Source of the DNA: Haliotis rubra
Lineage: Eukaryota
NCBI RefSeq assembly: GCF_003918875.1
Contig: NW_025767423.1
Coordinates: forward strand, 186,001 to 250,000
Direction: 5' to 3'
Length of the DNA: 64,000 nt
Shown here: positions 12,774-25,642 of the stretch, one piece after another
Position numbering within the stretch: position 1 is the first letter of the stretch
Layout of the letters: each line of letters starts with the position of its first letter
Notes under the pieces: model-generated
What the model was told of the DNA's origin: nothing
The model's database searches: none
The model's input: the letters and a program-made list of their open reading frames with translations, nothing else
Program-made: the position numbers and the translations under genes

Positions 12774-13471
12774 GTGTGGCCCTACCTGTTGGGGCACTAC
12801 AAGTTTGACAGCAAGCTGGAGGAGCGAGAAGCCAGAGACGCTCATGTGAGGAATGAATATGAGCGAGTCATGTCCGAGTGGCTGGCAGTAGAGGCCATTG
12901 TCCGGCAGAGGGACAAGGAAATAATGGCAGCCAACCTCGCCAAGCTCTCTCAGGAGAGCACCGACGGACATATTCCACTTGTGAGAAAAGACTCGAGTTT
13001 GAGTAACGAGGTGTTCGAGTCATTTGACTCTGAGGAATATTCCCACCCCGACACTGTTATGGAGGAGAGTTCTACAGCATTGACCACACCAACCCCCCGA
13101 ACGTAAGCCAAGTATAGAACTAACAAGAGTTGACACTATTGTGCAGACTGACTCGCCAGCCCACCATCGCAGGATTAGCTCCCTTGCAGACAGCCCTGAC
13201 GATGGTTTGGGCGACTCTATAGCACGAGGAGGTTCTCTCACCGATAGGTCCAAGTACGATTCTGTGGATTCCGAGGCGACAGACATTTCCAAACCTGATC
13301 GTGAGGGGAGTGTGGAGAGGAGTGTGGTTGTGACCAAGCTGTCGGTGGACAGCGCTGTGATTGAGGAGGAGACTAATGATGGGGAATACTCTCATTGTCA
13401 TCTCAGGGACAAGTTAACCTCCATCGGGACGGACGAGCGTTTGACGGATGCATTGACTGTAGAGGGCGCCG
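12774..13471 (+). CDS. SGSM1: SGSM-like large exon (VWPYLLGHY... plus low-complexity TBC insert), with apparent +1 frameshift at 13093-13098
   Basis: ttgcag acceptor; two ORFs join into one frame if one C of the C6 run is removed (TPTPERKPSIELTRVDTIVQTDS); G|gtatga donor phase 1 fits the exon at 22302. Confidence 0.8.
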
Positions 13472-13986
13472 GTATGACTTCGGCGTTTGAGCATGAAACC
13501 CTTGGTGTGTGGGCTAGCTTACTTCTCTCTCCATCTGTCGCACCACAAACAGATGGGTTCATGCACAGAAAGTCATTTATGACCCAAAATAAGTTAATAT
13601 GAATTTTTTTTTAAAGTCAATTTCAAGTATTTAAGAATTTACTTTAATATATTTTTACTTCACGAGTACCTTTTTCCAGTATCATTCATTTATGTTTGTA
13701 AAATCTGGATTTGTAAGAATATTTTCAGAATGCACAAATAACGCAAGATATCACCATAATGAGCAGCAGTAGTTTATTTTATCTGAGTGAAAATTTGTCA
13801 TTTGTCTTCTGTGTTTTTAACAAAAACTGTACCCATCTATTTGTGATAGCTCAGCTTTCCAATTATGTATTCATTTATTACACTGATTACAGTGTGAAAA
13901 CAACAGCTTAAATATAACTCAGTGTTGATTGGCTGTCGAGTCAGGAGGTGTTCGCAGCAGCCTCAGTGTATGTTGTGTAATAGGGA

Positions 13987-14625
13987 CATGTGGATCCATC
14001 CAGTTCTAGCTGGCATCTGGTGGATCCATCCAGTTCTAGCTGGCATCTGGTGGATCCATCCAGTTCTAGCTGGGGGCAGGTGGATACATCCAGTTTTAGC
14101 AAGGACAGGTGGATCCATCCAGTTTTAGCTGGGGCAGGTGGATCCATCCAGTTTTAGCTGGGGCAGGTGGATACATCCAGTTTTAGCAAGGACAGGTGGA
14201 TCCATCCAGTTTTAGCAAGGACAGGTGGATCCATCCAGTTTTAGCTGGGGGCAGGTGGATCCATCCAGTTTTAGCTGGGACATGGATCCGTCTAGTTTTA
14301 GCTGGGGCAGGTGGATCCATCCAGTTTTAGCAAGGACAGGTGGATCCATCCAGTTTTAGCTGGGGGCAGGTGGATCCATCCAGTTTTAGCTAGGACGTGG
14401 ATCCATCTAGTTTTAGCTGGGGAAGGTGGATCCACCCAGTTTTAGCTGGGACAGGTGGATCCATCCAGTTTTAGCTGGGGCAGGTGGATCCACCCAGTTT
14501 TAGCTGGGACAGGTGGATCCATCCAGTTTTAGCTGGGGCAGGTGGATCCACCCAGTTTTAGCTGGGACAGGTGGATCCATCCAGTTTTAGCTGGGGCAGG
14601 TGGATCCATCCAATACTATCTGGGG
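13987..14625. repeat. 29-30-bp minisatellite, ~21 copies
   Basis: ggtggatccatccagttttagctggggca units. Confidence 0.95.
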
Positions 14626-15178
14626 GCAATGGTGTTTACTCTAATCAAATGGGATCAGTGCACACGATGTTGAGAATCCCTTGGGTGAAATCTGCCGTTG
14701 CTTTTACAACATGCCTACAATTTTAAGAATTCTAACAAGTATATTGCAACTATTTTCCCGAAGCGGATTTAAGATATGTTATGGAATTTAGTGAAAATTA
14801 GGAATTTAAATGGAGCATGACGTGTCTCTTGCCACAATGTTAATTTCTTAGGGTGAGGTCAAGTTTGTTTCTTCTAACAAGAAACAGTGCATTGTGGGGG
14901 TCATCGTTTTGTGGCAGATGAATGTGATTTTATCTACAAATACCACTGATATTTTGATATTTGGAACTTGGATGCAAATACAATGCCACTCTCAATTTAA
15001 TGATTTTGAACAAGGTTTCTGAGTGCAGAGGAAACCTGAATGAGAACATAAAAAAATAATGATGTAGAGCGGGAACCAAGTAAACCCTAAGACAGGTTGA
15101 GGTGGGATAGAGTGCATCTGGATTTCTGAGACTTATCGAGGTGAGATTCTTGAGAGGCATTTAAACTTGGTGAATATC

Positions 15179-15321
15179 TAAGATGAGCATATGGATGGCA
15201 ACTTCTTCTTTACTGCATAGCACAACGTTTCTGCGCTACTTCTTGAAGAAGGGGCAAAAAGTAGCCCAGAAACATCATGTTATACAATAAAGAAGAAGTT
15301 GCCATCCATATACTCGTCTTA
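15179..15321. repeat. Palindromic element with ~45-bp arms
   Basis: taagatgagcatatggatggcaacttcttctttactgcata is inverted as tatacaataaagaagaagttgccatccatatactcgtctta. Confidence 0.8.
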
Positions 15322-15919
15322 TACATTATCAATGTGTTCGACACCAGAATCGGGCTTTACACATTGTATCCATGTGGGGAATTGTTGGAAGATACAGCAG
15401 TGATGGCAATGCTTGGCTTTGTGGTGTAGATGAAGGCTCTGTATTTTGGAAAAAGGCCTGAAGTGTGGATAAAAACTGGATGGTTTTAATGTGATGATTA
15501 CTGTTGTGTGGCCACGGAGCGGGAACTATTAATGCCTTGAGTCACACTTGAAAAAGAAATGACTATTTCTCTATGACCATTATGTTTGTGATAATGTTAA
15601 CCTGAATACCTTCTGACTGACTCTGCCTTAAATGCTTTTCTTGTGTTTAAATGGAGCATTTATCACTGTGCTAAGTAGGGCTTTTATTAGCTTTTGTCAT
15701 TGAAATATCACCTGCTTAACTCAAATCCGTGAAAATGATAGGAAATGACATTGTGACCAGTGCAGTGTGAGAGGTGTGTTATCAGGGTGCTCCTTCCCTG
15801 GTACGATCTATTGTTTGAAAGGAGGAGTCCAAATAACTTGACGCCAAGGCTTAATGGAGGGAGACTGCCAGTTCAGCAGAAACCACTAATAGATTAGAGA
15901 GACTGTTAGCTGAAACCAG

Positions 15920-17562
15920 TAATGGTGAACTAATGATGAAGCACATAGAACTAATGGTGAAGCACATAGAACTAATGGTGAAGCATACATAGAACTAATA
16001 GTGAAGCACATAGAACTATGGTGAAGCATACATAGAACTAATAGTGAAGCACATAGAACTAATGGTGAAGCATACATAGAACTAATAGTGAAGCATACAT
16101 AGAACTAATGGTGAAGCATACATAGAACTAATGGTGAAGCCACATAGAACTAATGGTGAAGCATACATAGAACTAATGGTGAAGCACATAGAACTAATAG
16201 TGAAGCATACATAGAACTAATGGTGAAGCATACATAGAACTAATAGTGAACCACATAGAACTAATGGTGAAGCACATAGAACTAATGGTGAAGCATACAT
16301 AGAACTAATAGTGAAGCATACATAGAACTAATAGTGAAGCATACATAGAACTAATGGTGAAGCACATAGAACTAATAGTGAAGCATACATAGAACTAATG
16401 GTGAAGCATACATAGAACTAATGGTGAAGCATACATAGAACTAATAGTGAAGCACATAGAACTAATAGTGAAACACATAGAACTAATGGTGAAGCATACA
16501 TAGAACTAATAGTGAACCACATAGAACTAATGGTGAAGCATACATAGAACTAATAGTGAAGCACATATAGAACTAATAGTGAAGCACATAGAACTAATGG
16601 TGAAGCATACATAGAACTAATGGTGAAGCATACATAGAACTAATAGTGAAGCACATAGAACTAATAGTGAAGCATACATAGAACTAATGGTGAAGCATAC
16701 ATAGAACTAATAGTGAACCACATAGAACTAATGGTGAAGCATACATAGAACTAATAGTAGAACCATAGAACTAATAGTGAAACTAATAGTGAAGCACATA
16801 GAACTAATGGTGAAGCATACATAGAACTAATAGTGAAGCACATAGAACTAATGGTGAAGCATACATAGAACTAATAGTGAACCACATAGAACTAATGGTG
16901 AAGCACATAGAACTAATGGTGAAGCACATATAGAACATAGAACTAATGGTGAAGCATACATAGAACTAATGGTGAAGCATACATAGAACTAATAGTGAAC
17001 CACATAGAACTAATGGTGAAGCACATAGAACTAATGGTGAAGCATACATAGAACTAATAGTGAAGCATACATAGAACTAATGGTGAAGCACATAGAACAT
17101 AGAACTAATAGTGAACCACATAGAACTAATGGTGAAGCACATAGAGAACTAATAGTGAAGCATACATAGAACTAATAGTGAAGCATACATAGAACTAATA
17201 GTGAAGCATACATAGAACTAATGGTGAAGCATACATAGAACTAATAGTGAAGCATACATAGAACTAATAGTGAAGCATACATAGAACTAATAGTGAAGCA
17301 TACATGGAACTAACAGTGAAGCACATATAGAACTAAAGGTGAAATACATAGAACTAATGGTGAAGCACATAGAACTAATAGTGAAGCACATATAGAACTA
17401 AAGGTGAAGCATACTGTTACATCAAACTAAAGGTGAAATACATAAAACTAAAGGTGAAGCATATATAGAAATGAAGCACATAGAAGCAACTGTTACATCA
17501 AACTAAAGGTGAAATACATAAAACTAAAGGTGAAGCATATATAGAACTAATAGTGAAGCATA
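15920..17562. repeat. 21/23-bp minisatellite, ~70 copies
   Basis: gaagca(ta)catagaactaat(g/a)gt units. Confidence 0.95.
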
Positions 17563-18321
17563 CCAAGCTTTTCCGGCCCAACAATCTCAAGCTGTTCCTT
17601 TATGTTCTTTTACTGCATTGTCAAATGTAATCTTCAAAGCACAACTTATTCCAATATTTGAACTTGTATGGCATTTATGTGTGAAATATTATCCTCTGTC
17701 CTGGAGGACGTTCATATTGACACTGTTTGTAAGTAATCTGGTCTTTGTTACATGGTTCTATAACGCCTCACAACAGACACATGGCACACACCCTGTCTCG
17801 CTTCTGGCGGCTATTTTCTCAACCTCTCAACAAATTCACTGTTATTTCCCAAACTATCTGTCAATGTTTTGCTTCTTTATATATGTCTGTTTGGAAAACA
17901 TTTTTCTCATATTTTTTACTCGAATATCTTCTTGACAGTCAATGTGATTATTGCTGGTTATTGCTATGTGTTTGTCTCTGTACTGTAAACAACAGTCCCA
18001 GGGCAAAGATTGATCATGGGCAACTCAGGCTTAGTGCCACAATATGCTGTGAAGAGTTATGTCCCTTACTCATGCCTGAAATCAATGTCTGGGTTTAAGT
18101 CCCAGATCATGTTTCTAGTTTTGTCAGCACAAAGCCTGTGCTTGTGGGTTTTCTGGGTTTCATGAAAAAAAGGTAAGACCGCTCCATGCTTCCCCCTATA
18201 TCAAGCTGATATGTTGATGAACTAGTTAAAGGGGCACTCACTCACTCTAGACAAACATATATACCAATGTATTGATTCCATGAGAGCCACGTTTGTCCCA
18301 TGAAGATCTGCATTTGGATTT

Positions 18322-21300
18322 CCTTCAGCAAACCATGTCTGGCTGATCTGTGTACCAGATGGTATATCACTGACCTTCAGCAACCCATGTCTGGCTGATC
18401 TGTGTACCAGATGGTATATCACTGACCTTCAGCAACCCATGTCTGGCAGATCTGTGTACCAGATGGTATATCACTGACCTTCAGCAACCCATGTCTGGAA
18501 GATCTGTGCATCAGATGGTATATCACTGACCTTCAGCAACCCATGTCTGGCAGATCTGTGCATCAGATGGTATATCACTGACCTTCAGCAACCCATGTCT
18601 GGCTGATCTGTGTACCAGATGGTATATCACTGACCTTCAGCAACCCATGTCTAGCTGATCTGTGTACCAGATGGTATATCACTGACCTTCAGCAACCCAT
18701 GTCTAGCTGATCTGTGTACCAGATGGTATATCACTGACCTTCAGCAACCCATGTCTAGCTGATCTGTGTACCAGATGGTATATCACTGACCTTCAGCAAC
18801 CCATGTCTGGCAGATCTGTGTACCAGATGGTATATCACTGACCTTCAGCAACCCATGTCTGGCAGATCTGTGTACCAGATGGTATATCACTGACCTTCAG
18901 CAACCCATGTAAGGCTGATCTGTGTACCAGATGGTATATCACTGACCTTCAGCAACCCATGTCTGGCTGATCTGTGTACCAGATGGTCTATCACTGACCT
19001 TCAGCAACCCATGTCTGGCAGATCTGTGTACCAGATGGTCTATCACTGACCTTCAGCAACCCATGTCTGGCAGATCTGTGTACCAGATGGTATATCACTG
19101 ACCTTCAGCAACCCATGTCTGGCAGATCTGTGTACCAGATGGTATATCACTGACCTTCAGCAATCCATGTCTGGCAGATCTGTGCATCAGATGGTATATC
19201 ACTGACCTTCTGCAACCCATGTCTGGAAGATCTGTGTACCAGATGGTATATCACTGACCTTCAGCAACCCATGTCTGGCAGATCTGTGTACCAGATGGTA
19301 TATCACTGACCTTCAGCAACCCATGTCTGGCAGATCTGTGTACCAGATGGTATATCACTGACCTTCAGCAACCCATGTCTGGCTGATCTGTGTACCAGAT
19401 GGTATATCACTGACCTTCAGCAACCCATGTCTAGCTGATCTGTGTACCAGATGGTCTATCACTGACCTTCAGCAACCCATGTCTAGCTGATCTGTGTACC
19501 AGATGGTATATCACTGACCTTCAGCAACCCATGTCTGGCTGATCTGTGTACCAGATGGTATATCACTGACCTTCAGCAACCCATGTCTGGCAGATCTGTG
19601 TACCAGATGGTATATCACTGACCTTCAGCAACCCATATCTGGCAGATCTGTGTACCAGATGGTATATCACTGACCTTCAGCAACCCATGTAAGGCAGATC
19701 TGTGTACCAGATGGTATATCACTGGCCTTCAGCAACCCATGTCTGTCTGATCTGTGTACCAGATGGTCTATCACTGACCTTCTGCAACCCATGTCTGGAA
19801 GATCTGTGTACCAGATGGTATATCACTGACCTTCAGCAACCCATGTCTGGCAGATCTGTGTACCAGATGGTATATCACTGACCTTCAGCAACCCATGTCT
19901 GGCAGATCTGTGTACCAGATGGTATATCACTGACCTTCAGCAACCCATGTCTGGCTGATCTGTGTACCAGATGGTATATCACTGACCTTCAGCAACCCAT
20001 GTCTAGCTGATCTGTGTACCAGATGGTCTATCACTGACCTTCAGCAACCCATGTCTGGCAGATCTGTGTACCAGATGGTCTATCACTGACCTTCAGCAAC
20101 CCATGTCTGTCTGGCAGATCTGTGTACCAGATGGTATATCACTGACCTTCAGCAACCCATGTCTGGCAGATCTGTGTACCAGATGGTATATCACTGACCT
20201 TCAGCAACCCATGTCTGGCAGATCTGTGTACCAGATGGTCTATCACTGACCTTCAGCAACCCATGTCTGGCAGATCTGTGCATCAGATGGTATATCACTG
20301 ACCTTCAGCAACCCATGTCTGGCAGATCTGTGTACCAGATGGTATATCACTGACCTTCAGCAACCCATGTCTGGCAGATCTGTGTACCAGATGGTATATC
20401 ACTGACCTTCAGCAACCCATGTCTGGCAGATCTGTGTACCAGATGGTATATCACTGACCTTCAGCAACCCATGTCTGGCAGATCTGTGTACCAGATGGTA
20501 TATCACTGACCTTCAGCAACCCATGTCTGGCAGATCTGTGCATCAGATGGTATATCACTGACCTTCAGCAACCCATGTCTGGCAGATCTGTGTACCAGAT
20601 GGTATATCACTGACCTTCAGCAACCCATGTCTAGCTGATCTGTGTACCAGATGGTATATCACTGACCTTCAGCAACCCATGTCTGGCTGATCTGTGTACC
20701 AGATGGTATATCACTGACCTTCAGCAACCCATGTCTGGCAGATCTGTGTACCAGATGGTATATCACTGACCTTCAGCAACCCATGTCTGGCAGATCTGTG
20801 TACCAGATGGTATATCACTGACCTTCAGCACCCCATGTAAAGGCTGATCTGTGTACCAGATGGTATATCACTGACCTTCAGCAACCCATGTCTGGCAGAT
20901 CTGTGTACCAGATGGTCTATCACTGACCTTCAGCAACCCATGTCTGGCAGATCTGTGTACCAGATGGTCTATCACTGACCTTCAGCAACCCATGTCTGGC
21001 AGATCTGTGTACCAGATGGTATATCACTGACCTTCAGCAACCCATGTCTGGCAGATCTGTGTACCAGATGGTATATCACTGACCTTCAGCAACCCATGTC
21101 TGGCAGATCTGTGCATCAGATGGTATATCACTGACCTTCAGCAACCCATGTCTGGAAGATCTGTGTACCAGATGGTATATCACTGACCTTCAGCAACCCA
21201 TGTCTGGCAGATCTGTGTACCAGATGGTATATCACTGACCTTCAGCAACCCATGTCTGGCAGATCTGTGTACCAGATGGTATATCACTGACCTTCAGCAA

Positions 21301-22137
21301 CCCATGTCTGGCTGATCTGTGTACCAGATGGTATATCACTGACCTTCAGCAACCCATGTCTAGCTGATCTGTGTACCAGATGGTATATCACTGACCTTCA
21401 GCAACCCATGTCTGGCAGATCTGTGTACCAGATGGTATATCACTGACCTTCAGCAACCCATGTCTGGCAGATCTGTGCATCAGATGGTATATCACTGACC
21501 TTCAGCAACCTGGCAGATCTGTGCAACAGATGGTATATCTGGCAGATCTGTGTACCAGATGGTATATCACTGACCTTCAGCAACCCATGTCTGGCAGATC
21601 TGTGTACCAGATGGTATATCACTGACCTTCAGCAATCCTGACATGTCTGGCAGATCTGTGTACCAGATGGTATATCACTGACCTTCAGCAACCCATGTCT
21701 GGCAGATCTGTGTACCAGATGGTATATCACTGACCTTCAGCAACCCATGTCTGGCAGATCTGTGTACCAGATGGTATATCACTGACCTTCAGCAACCCAT
21801 GTCTGGCAGATCTGTGTACCAGATGGTATATCACTGACCTTCAGCAACCCATGTCTGGAAGATCTGTGTACCAGATGGTATATCACTGACCTTCAGCAAC
21901 CCATGTCTGGCAGATCTGTGTACCAGATGGTATATCACTGACCTTCAGCAACCCATGTCTAGCTGATCTGTGTACCAGATGGTATATCACTGACCTTCAG
22001 CAACCCATGTCTGGCAGATCTGTGTACCAGATGGTATATCACTGACCTTCAGCAACCCATGTCTAGCAGATCTGTGCATCAGATGGTATATCACTGACCT
22101 TCAGCAACCCATGTCTGGCAGATCTATGTACCAGATA
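18322..22137. repeat. 52-bp minisatellite, ~73 copies
   Basis: cttcagcaacccatgtctggcagatctgtgtaccagatggtatatcactgac repeated. Confidence 0.97.
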
Positions 22138-22301
22138 TGTCATTGGTCCTTTGAGGCTTTCATTACTTCCTTTTTTGATTTTTGTGATATTGCAGTGTCG
22201 TACATCCTTGTCAATATCCGTCAGTATAATGGATACAGATAGTGGACTGTTCAGCTTGAAACAACAGGCTGGGGGTTTACTGACTGACATTGTTATTTCA
22301 G

Positions 22302-22381
22302 AGAGCAGTCGGCACCTGTCTGCATCCAAGGAGTCCCTCATATCCCCAGCCTCTCCTGCCTCAAATGGTGGCATCTACTGT
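22302..22381 (+). CDS. SGSM1: SGSM-like exon (ESSRHLSASKESLISPASPASNGGIYC)
   Basis: tttcag acceptor phase 1, gtgagt donor phase 0; SPxSS.G..Y precedes ELLD in SGSM proteins. Confidence 0.85.
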
Positions 22382-22621
22382 GTGAGTAACCTTGGCATCC
22401 TGATTGTAACTCCCATACTTTAACACAGACTTTCAATTATTATATCACAAAGATCACTGTGTGGACCAGAGCCCAGGCTGGTCATGCCACACCGTCTCCC
22501 ATGTTGCAGCCATTAGTCATCGCTACGTATTTCAGTTACCTAAACCTTGTTAATTGGGTCAGTGTTGCTCTCTCTGAAATTGTCAAGATTAAAGACTTCT
22601 TCATTGACCTCTCGCAATCAT

Positions 22622-22787
22622 GGGGCGGTGGGGTAGCCTAGTGGTTAAAGCATTGGCTCGTCACGCCGAAGACCCGGGTTCGAACCCCACATGGGTACAA
22701 TGTGTGAAGCCCATTTCTGGTGTCCCCCGCCGTGATGTTGCTGGAATATTGCTAAAAGCAGCGTAAAACCAAAACTCAGTCAGTCAG
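22622..22787 (+). mobile_element. Short tRNA-derived SINE (family 2), full length with TSD
   Basis: A box tagcctagtgg, B box ggttcgaaccc, (cagt)n tail; flanked by tctcgcaatcat / tcttgcaatcat. Confidence 0.9.
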
Positions 22788-22928
22788 TCTTGCAATCATT
22801 ATACTTCCTGGATACTGAATCAGCTTTGTCTACACAATGAGTCGGTCCTCATGTTCCAAGGAAACAAATTTGTTCATTTACACCATCCTACAATGTATGT
22901 TAATCACGTCTGTCGTCTTCCTCCCAAG

Positions 22929-23053
22929 CCGGAGCTGCTGGATACCGTGGCTCTCAACCTGCACCGCATCGACAAGGACGTCCAGAGATGTGACCGCAAC
23001 TACTGGTACTTCACCCACGAGAACCTGGAGAAGCTGAGAAACATCATGTGCAC
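22929..23053 (+). CDS. SGSM1: SGSM-like TBC exon with arginine finger ([28 protein letters not shown]...)
   Basis: cccaag acceptor, gtacgt donor; IxxDxxR catalytic motif. Confidence 0.97.
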
Positions 23054-23335
23054 GTACGTTGAACAATGAATAAACTGTTTGCATGAATTTGATCATGTGA
23101 GAGTGATTGAAATGTATTGGGTATTGATGTGCTCTGTGTATGATTGTCTCTGATCGTGCCTGATAGCGTGAGTGGTGGTGGTGGTGCTGCTGCTACTGTT
23201 TCATGTTCATGGTTGGCTTGGCAACGGCTCATTTGTTCAACACTGTGATCTAACTGTGATATTACAACAAACCAATTAGTGATGACAATATACTGGAACT
23301 GTGTCCAAGTGTTGATCTTCTTCCCTCGCCTGCAG

Positions 23336-23418
23336 GTATGTGTGGCAGCACCTGGAGGTGGGCTACGTGCAGGGCATGTGTGACCTGGTGGCGCCGCTTC
23401 TTGTCATCCTGGATGACG
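23336..23418 (+). CDS. SGSM1: SGSM-like TBC exon with glutamine finger ([27 protein letters not shown])
   Basis: ctgcag acceptor, gtcagt donor; YxQGM motif. Confidence 0.97.
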
Positions 23419-23600
23419 GTCAGTACAGAAAACAATCTGTGGCTTCAACACTAAATGTTTCACTCATAATCCTTACATCTAATGGATGAGATAAATTCAG
23501 AAGTTTAATTTGTTCTAATCGTGTTTACTTCAGAGAATAAATGCTAAATAATTCTTTTATTGAATCAATATTTTAGCCCATGACTGTTAGACTGTCCTCA

Positions 23601-24150
23601 TTGTACCCCGCTGCAAGGCGGAACGGGGGACTATGTATTCAGCGGCATCCGTACGTCTGTACGATTCTTGTTAACTCGATATCTCATGAACAGTTGTACC
23701 CAATATGGTGACAGCCTACATTTGGGGATTACCCAGACACCAGTCGATTTAGTGACCTTGACCTTATTTTCAAGGTCACGACACTTTGACCACTTTTCAA
23801 ACTCTTGTTAACGCGATACCTCATGAACTGTCTTACCCAATGTCTTCAAATTTGGTGACAGCCTACATTGAGGGATGACCCAGACACCAGTCGAATTAGT
23901 GACCTTGACCTTATTTTCAAGGTCACCACGACACTTTGACCACTTTTCAAACTTATGTATACGCGATATCTCATAAAACATTGCACCAAATGTCTTCAAT
24001 TATGTTGACAGCCTACATTGGGTGATTATGTAGACGCCAGTGATTTCAAGCATCTTGTATGTGAGCAAAAAATTAAAAGTAGTAAATATGTTATGAATAT
24101 TCCATTCTTTAGTGGCGGGGGACTTGGTCTTCAAACACGTGGTCTTCTTG
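23601..24150 (+). mobile_element. Non-autonomous Helentron/HINE-like element with internal ~155-bp repeats
   Basis: starts ttgtaccccgc..ggggactat..ccgtacgtctgt; internal repeats gacagcctacatt..gtgaccttgaccttattttcaaggtca; classification by resemblance only. Confidence 0.55.
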
Positions 24151-24234
24151 TCAGCGCTCTTGCCACCATGCTCTGTGCTGATTGTGCAATGGTTGTCCAA
24201 TGAAGACCTCATTCCATTTTGTTTTGTTTTATAG

Positions 24235-24344
24235 AGGCATTAACGTACAGCTGCTTCTGTGAGTTGATGAAGAGGATGTCCTCCAATTTCCCCCATGGAG
24301 GTGCGATGGACACACACTTCGCCAACATGCGCTCCCTCATACAG
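24235..24344 (+). CDS. SGSM1: SGSM-like TBC exon ([37 protein letters not shown])
   Basis: ttatag acceptor, gtgaga donor; [18 protein letters not shown] conserved. Confidence 0.97.
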
Positions 24345-24791
24345 GTGAGATAGATGTCTCAGGTGCTAACAGCACTTTGACAGCATGCGCTCCCTCATAC
24401 AGGTGAGATAGTTGTCTCAGGTACTAACAGCACTTTGACAACATGCGCTCCCTCATACAGGTGAGATAGTTGTCTCAGGTACTAACAGCGCTTTGACAGC
24501 ATGCGCTCCCTCATACAGGTGAGATAGTTGTCTCAGGTACTAACAGCACTTTGACAACATGCGCTCCCTCATACAGGTGAGATAGTTGTCTCAGGTACTA
24601 ACAGCACTTTGACAACATGGGTTCACTCATACAGGTGAGATAGTTGTCTCAGGTGCTAACAGCACTTTGACATCATGCACTCCCTCATACAGGGGAGATA
24701 GTTGTCTCAGGTACTAACAGCACTTTGACAACATGCGTTCCCTCATACAGGTGAGATAGTTGTCTCAGGTGCTTACAGCACTTTGCCAGCA
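24315..24791 (+). repeat. 58-bp tandem repeat spanning the exon 3' end and splice donor, 8 copies
   Basis: unit = cactttgacaacatgcgctccctcatacag + gtgagatagttgtctcaggtactaacag; GT at 24345, 24403, 24461, 24519, 24577, 24635, 24751 (24693 mutated to GG). Confidence 0.95.
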
Positions 24792-24832
24792 CACTTGACT
24801 ATTTGGAGCGGTGTCACTGCTGAGACTCCTGG

Positions 24833-25080
24833 TGCTCACTAGAGGTATTCATTCCTGTGCACTATTCATTCCTGTGCTCACTAGAGGTATTCATTCCTGT
24901 GCACACTAGAGGTATTCATTCCTGTGCTCACTAGAGGTATTCATTCCTGTGCTCACTAGAGGTATTCATTCCTGTGCTCACTAGAGGTATTCATTCCTGT
25001 GCTCACTAGAGGTATTCATTCCTGTGCTCACTAGAGCAGAGAGGTATTCATTCCTTGACTCATTCCTGTGCTCACTAGAG
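24833..25080. repeat. 25-bp minisatellite
   Basis: tgctcactagaggtattcattcctg units. Confidence 0.9.
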
Positions 25081-25161
25081 CAGTTCTTTGATCAGTTATT
25101 AGAGCAATGTTTACATCGTAGACATGAGCCTGACTCACACCAGGTGTTTCCTATCCCCCAG

Positions 25162-25258
25162 ATCCTGGACTCTGAGCTGTTTGAGCATATGCACCAACAC
25201 GGAGACTACACACACTTCTACTTCTGCTACCGATGGTTCCTCCTCGACTTCAAGAGAG
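25162..25258 (+). CDS. SGSM1: SGSM-like TBC exon ([32 protein letters not shown])
   Basis: ccccag acceptor, gtttgt donor; [20 protein letters not shown] conserved. Confidence 0.97.
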
Positions 25259-25406
25259 GTTTGTTCCTTTCATCATGTTTGATAAGCCTGTACTCAGCTG
25301 CACACATTACTATCCCAACCCTCGAAAGAGTACCAATCCTAGAAACAATCCCAGTCCCTCGGTATCAGGAGCAGAATGGCAATCACTGTTCAAATGGAGA
25401 ATCAGA

Positions 25407-25642
25407 ACCCGTGAAGATCAGGGTTAGAATTGGTCTTCAGCCAGCCATGCTTGTCGTAAAAGGCGACTAACGGGATTAGCAGTCAGGTTCGCTGACTTGG
25501 TTGACATGTCATCGTATCCCAGTTGTGTAGATCGATGCTCATGATGTTGATCACTGGATTGTCTGGTCCAGACTCGGTTATTTACAGACTACTGCCATAT
25601 TGAAATATTGCTGAGTGCAGTGTTAAACAACAACCAAACCAA
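25407..25642 (+). mobile_element. SINE family 3 (possibly V-SINE-like core), no visible tRNA head
   Basis: homologous to 57925-58188; core tgcttgtcgtaaaaggcgactaa; shared 3' tail. Confidence 0.8.

Noticed and set aside
22196-22301. Longer version of the SGSM exon from an upstream ttgcag acceptor
   Set aside because: It is phase 0, incompatible with the phase 1 donor at 13471 unless an unseen exon intervenes
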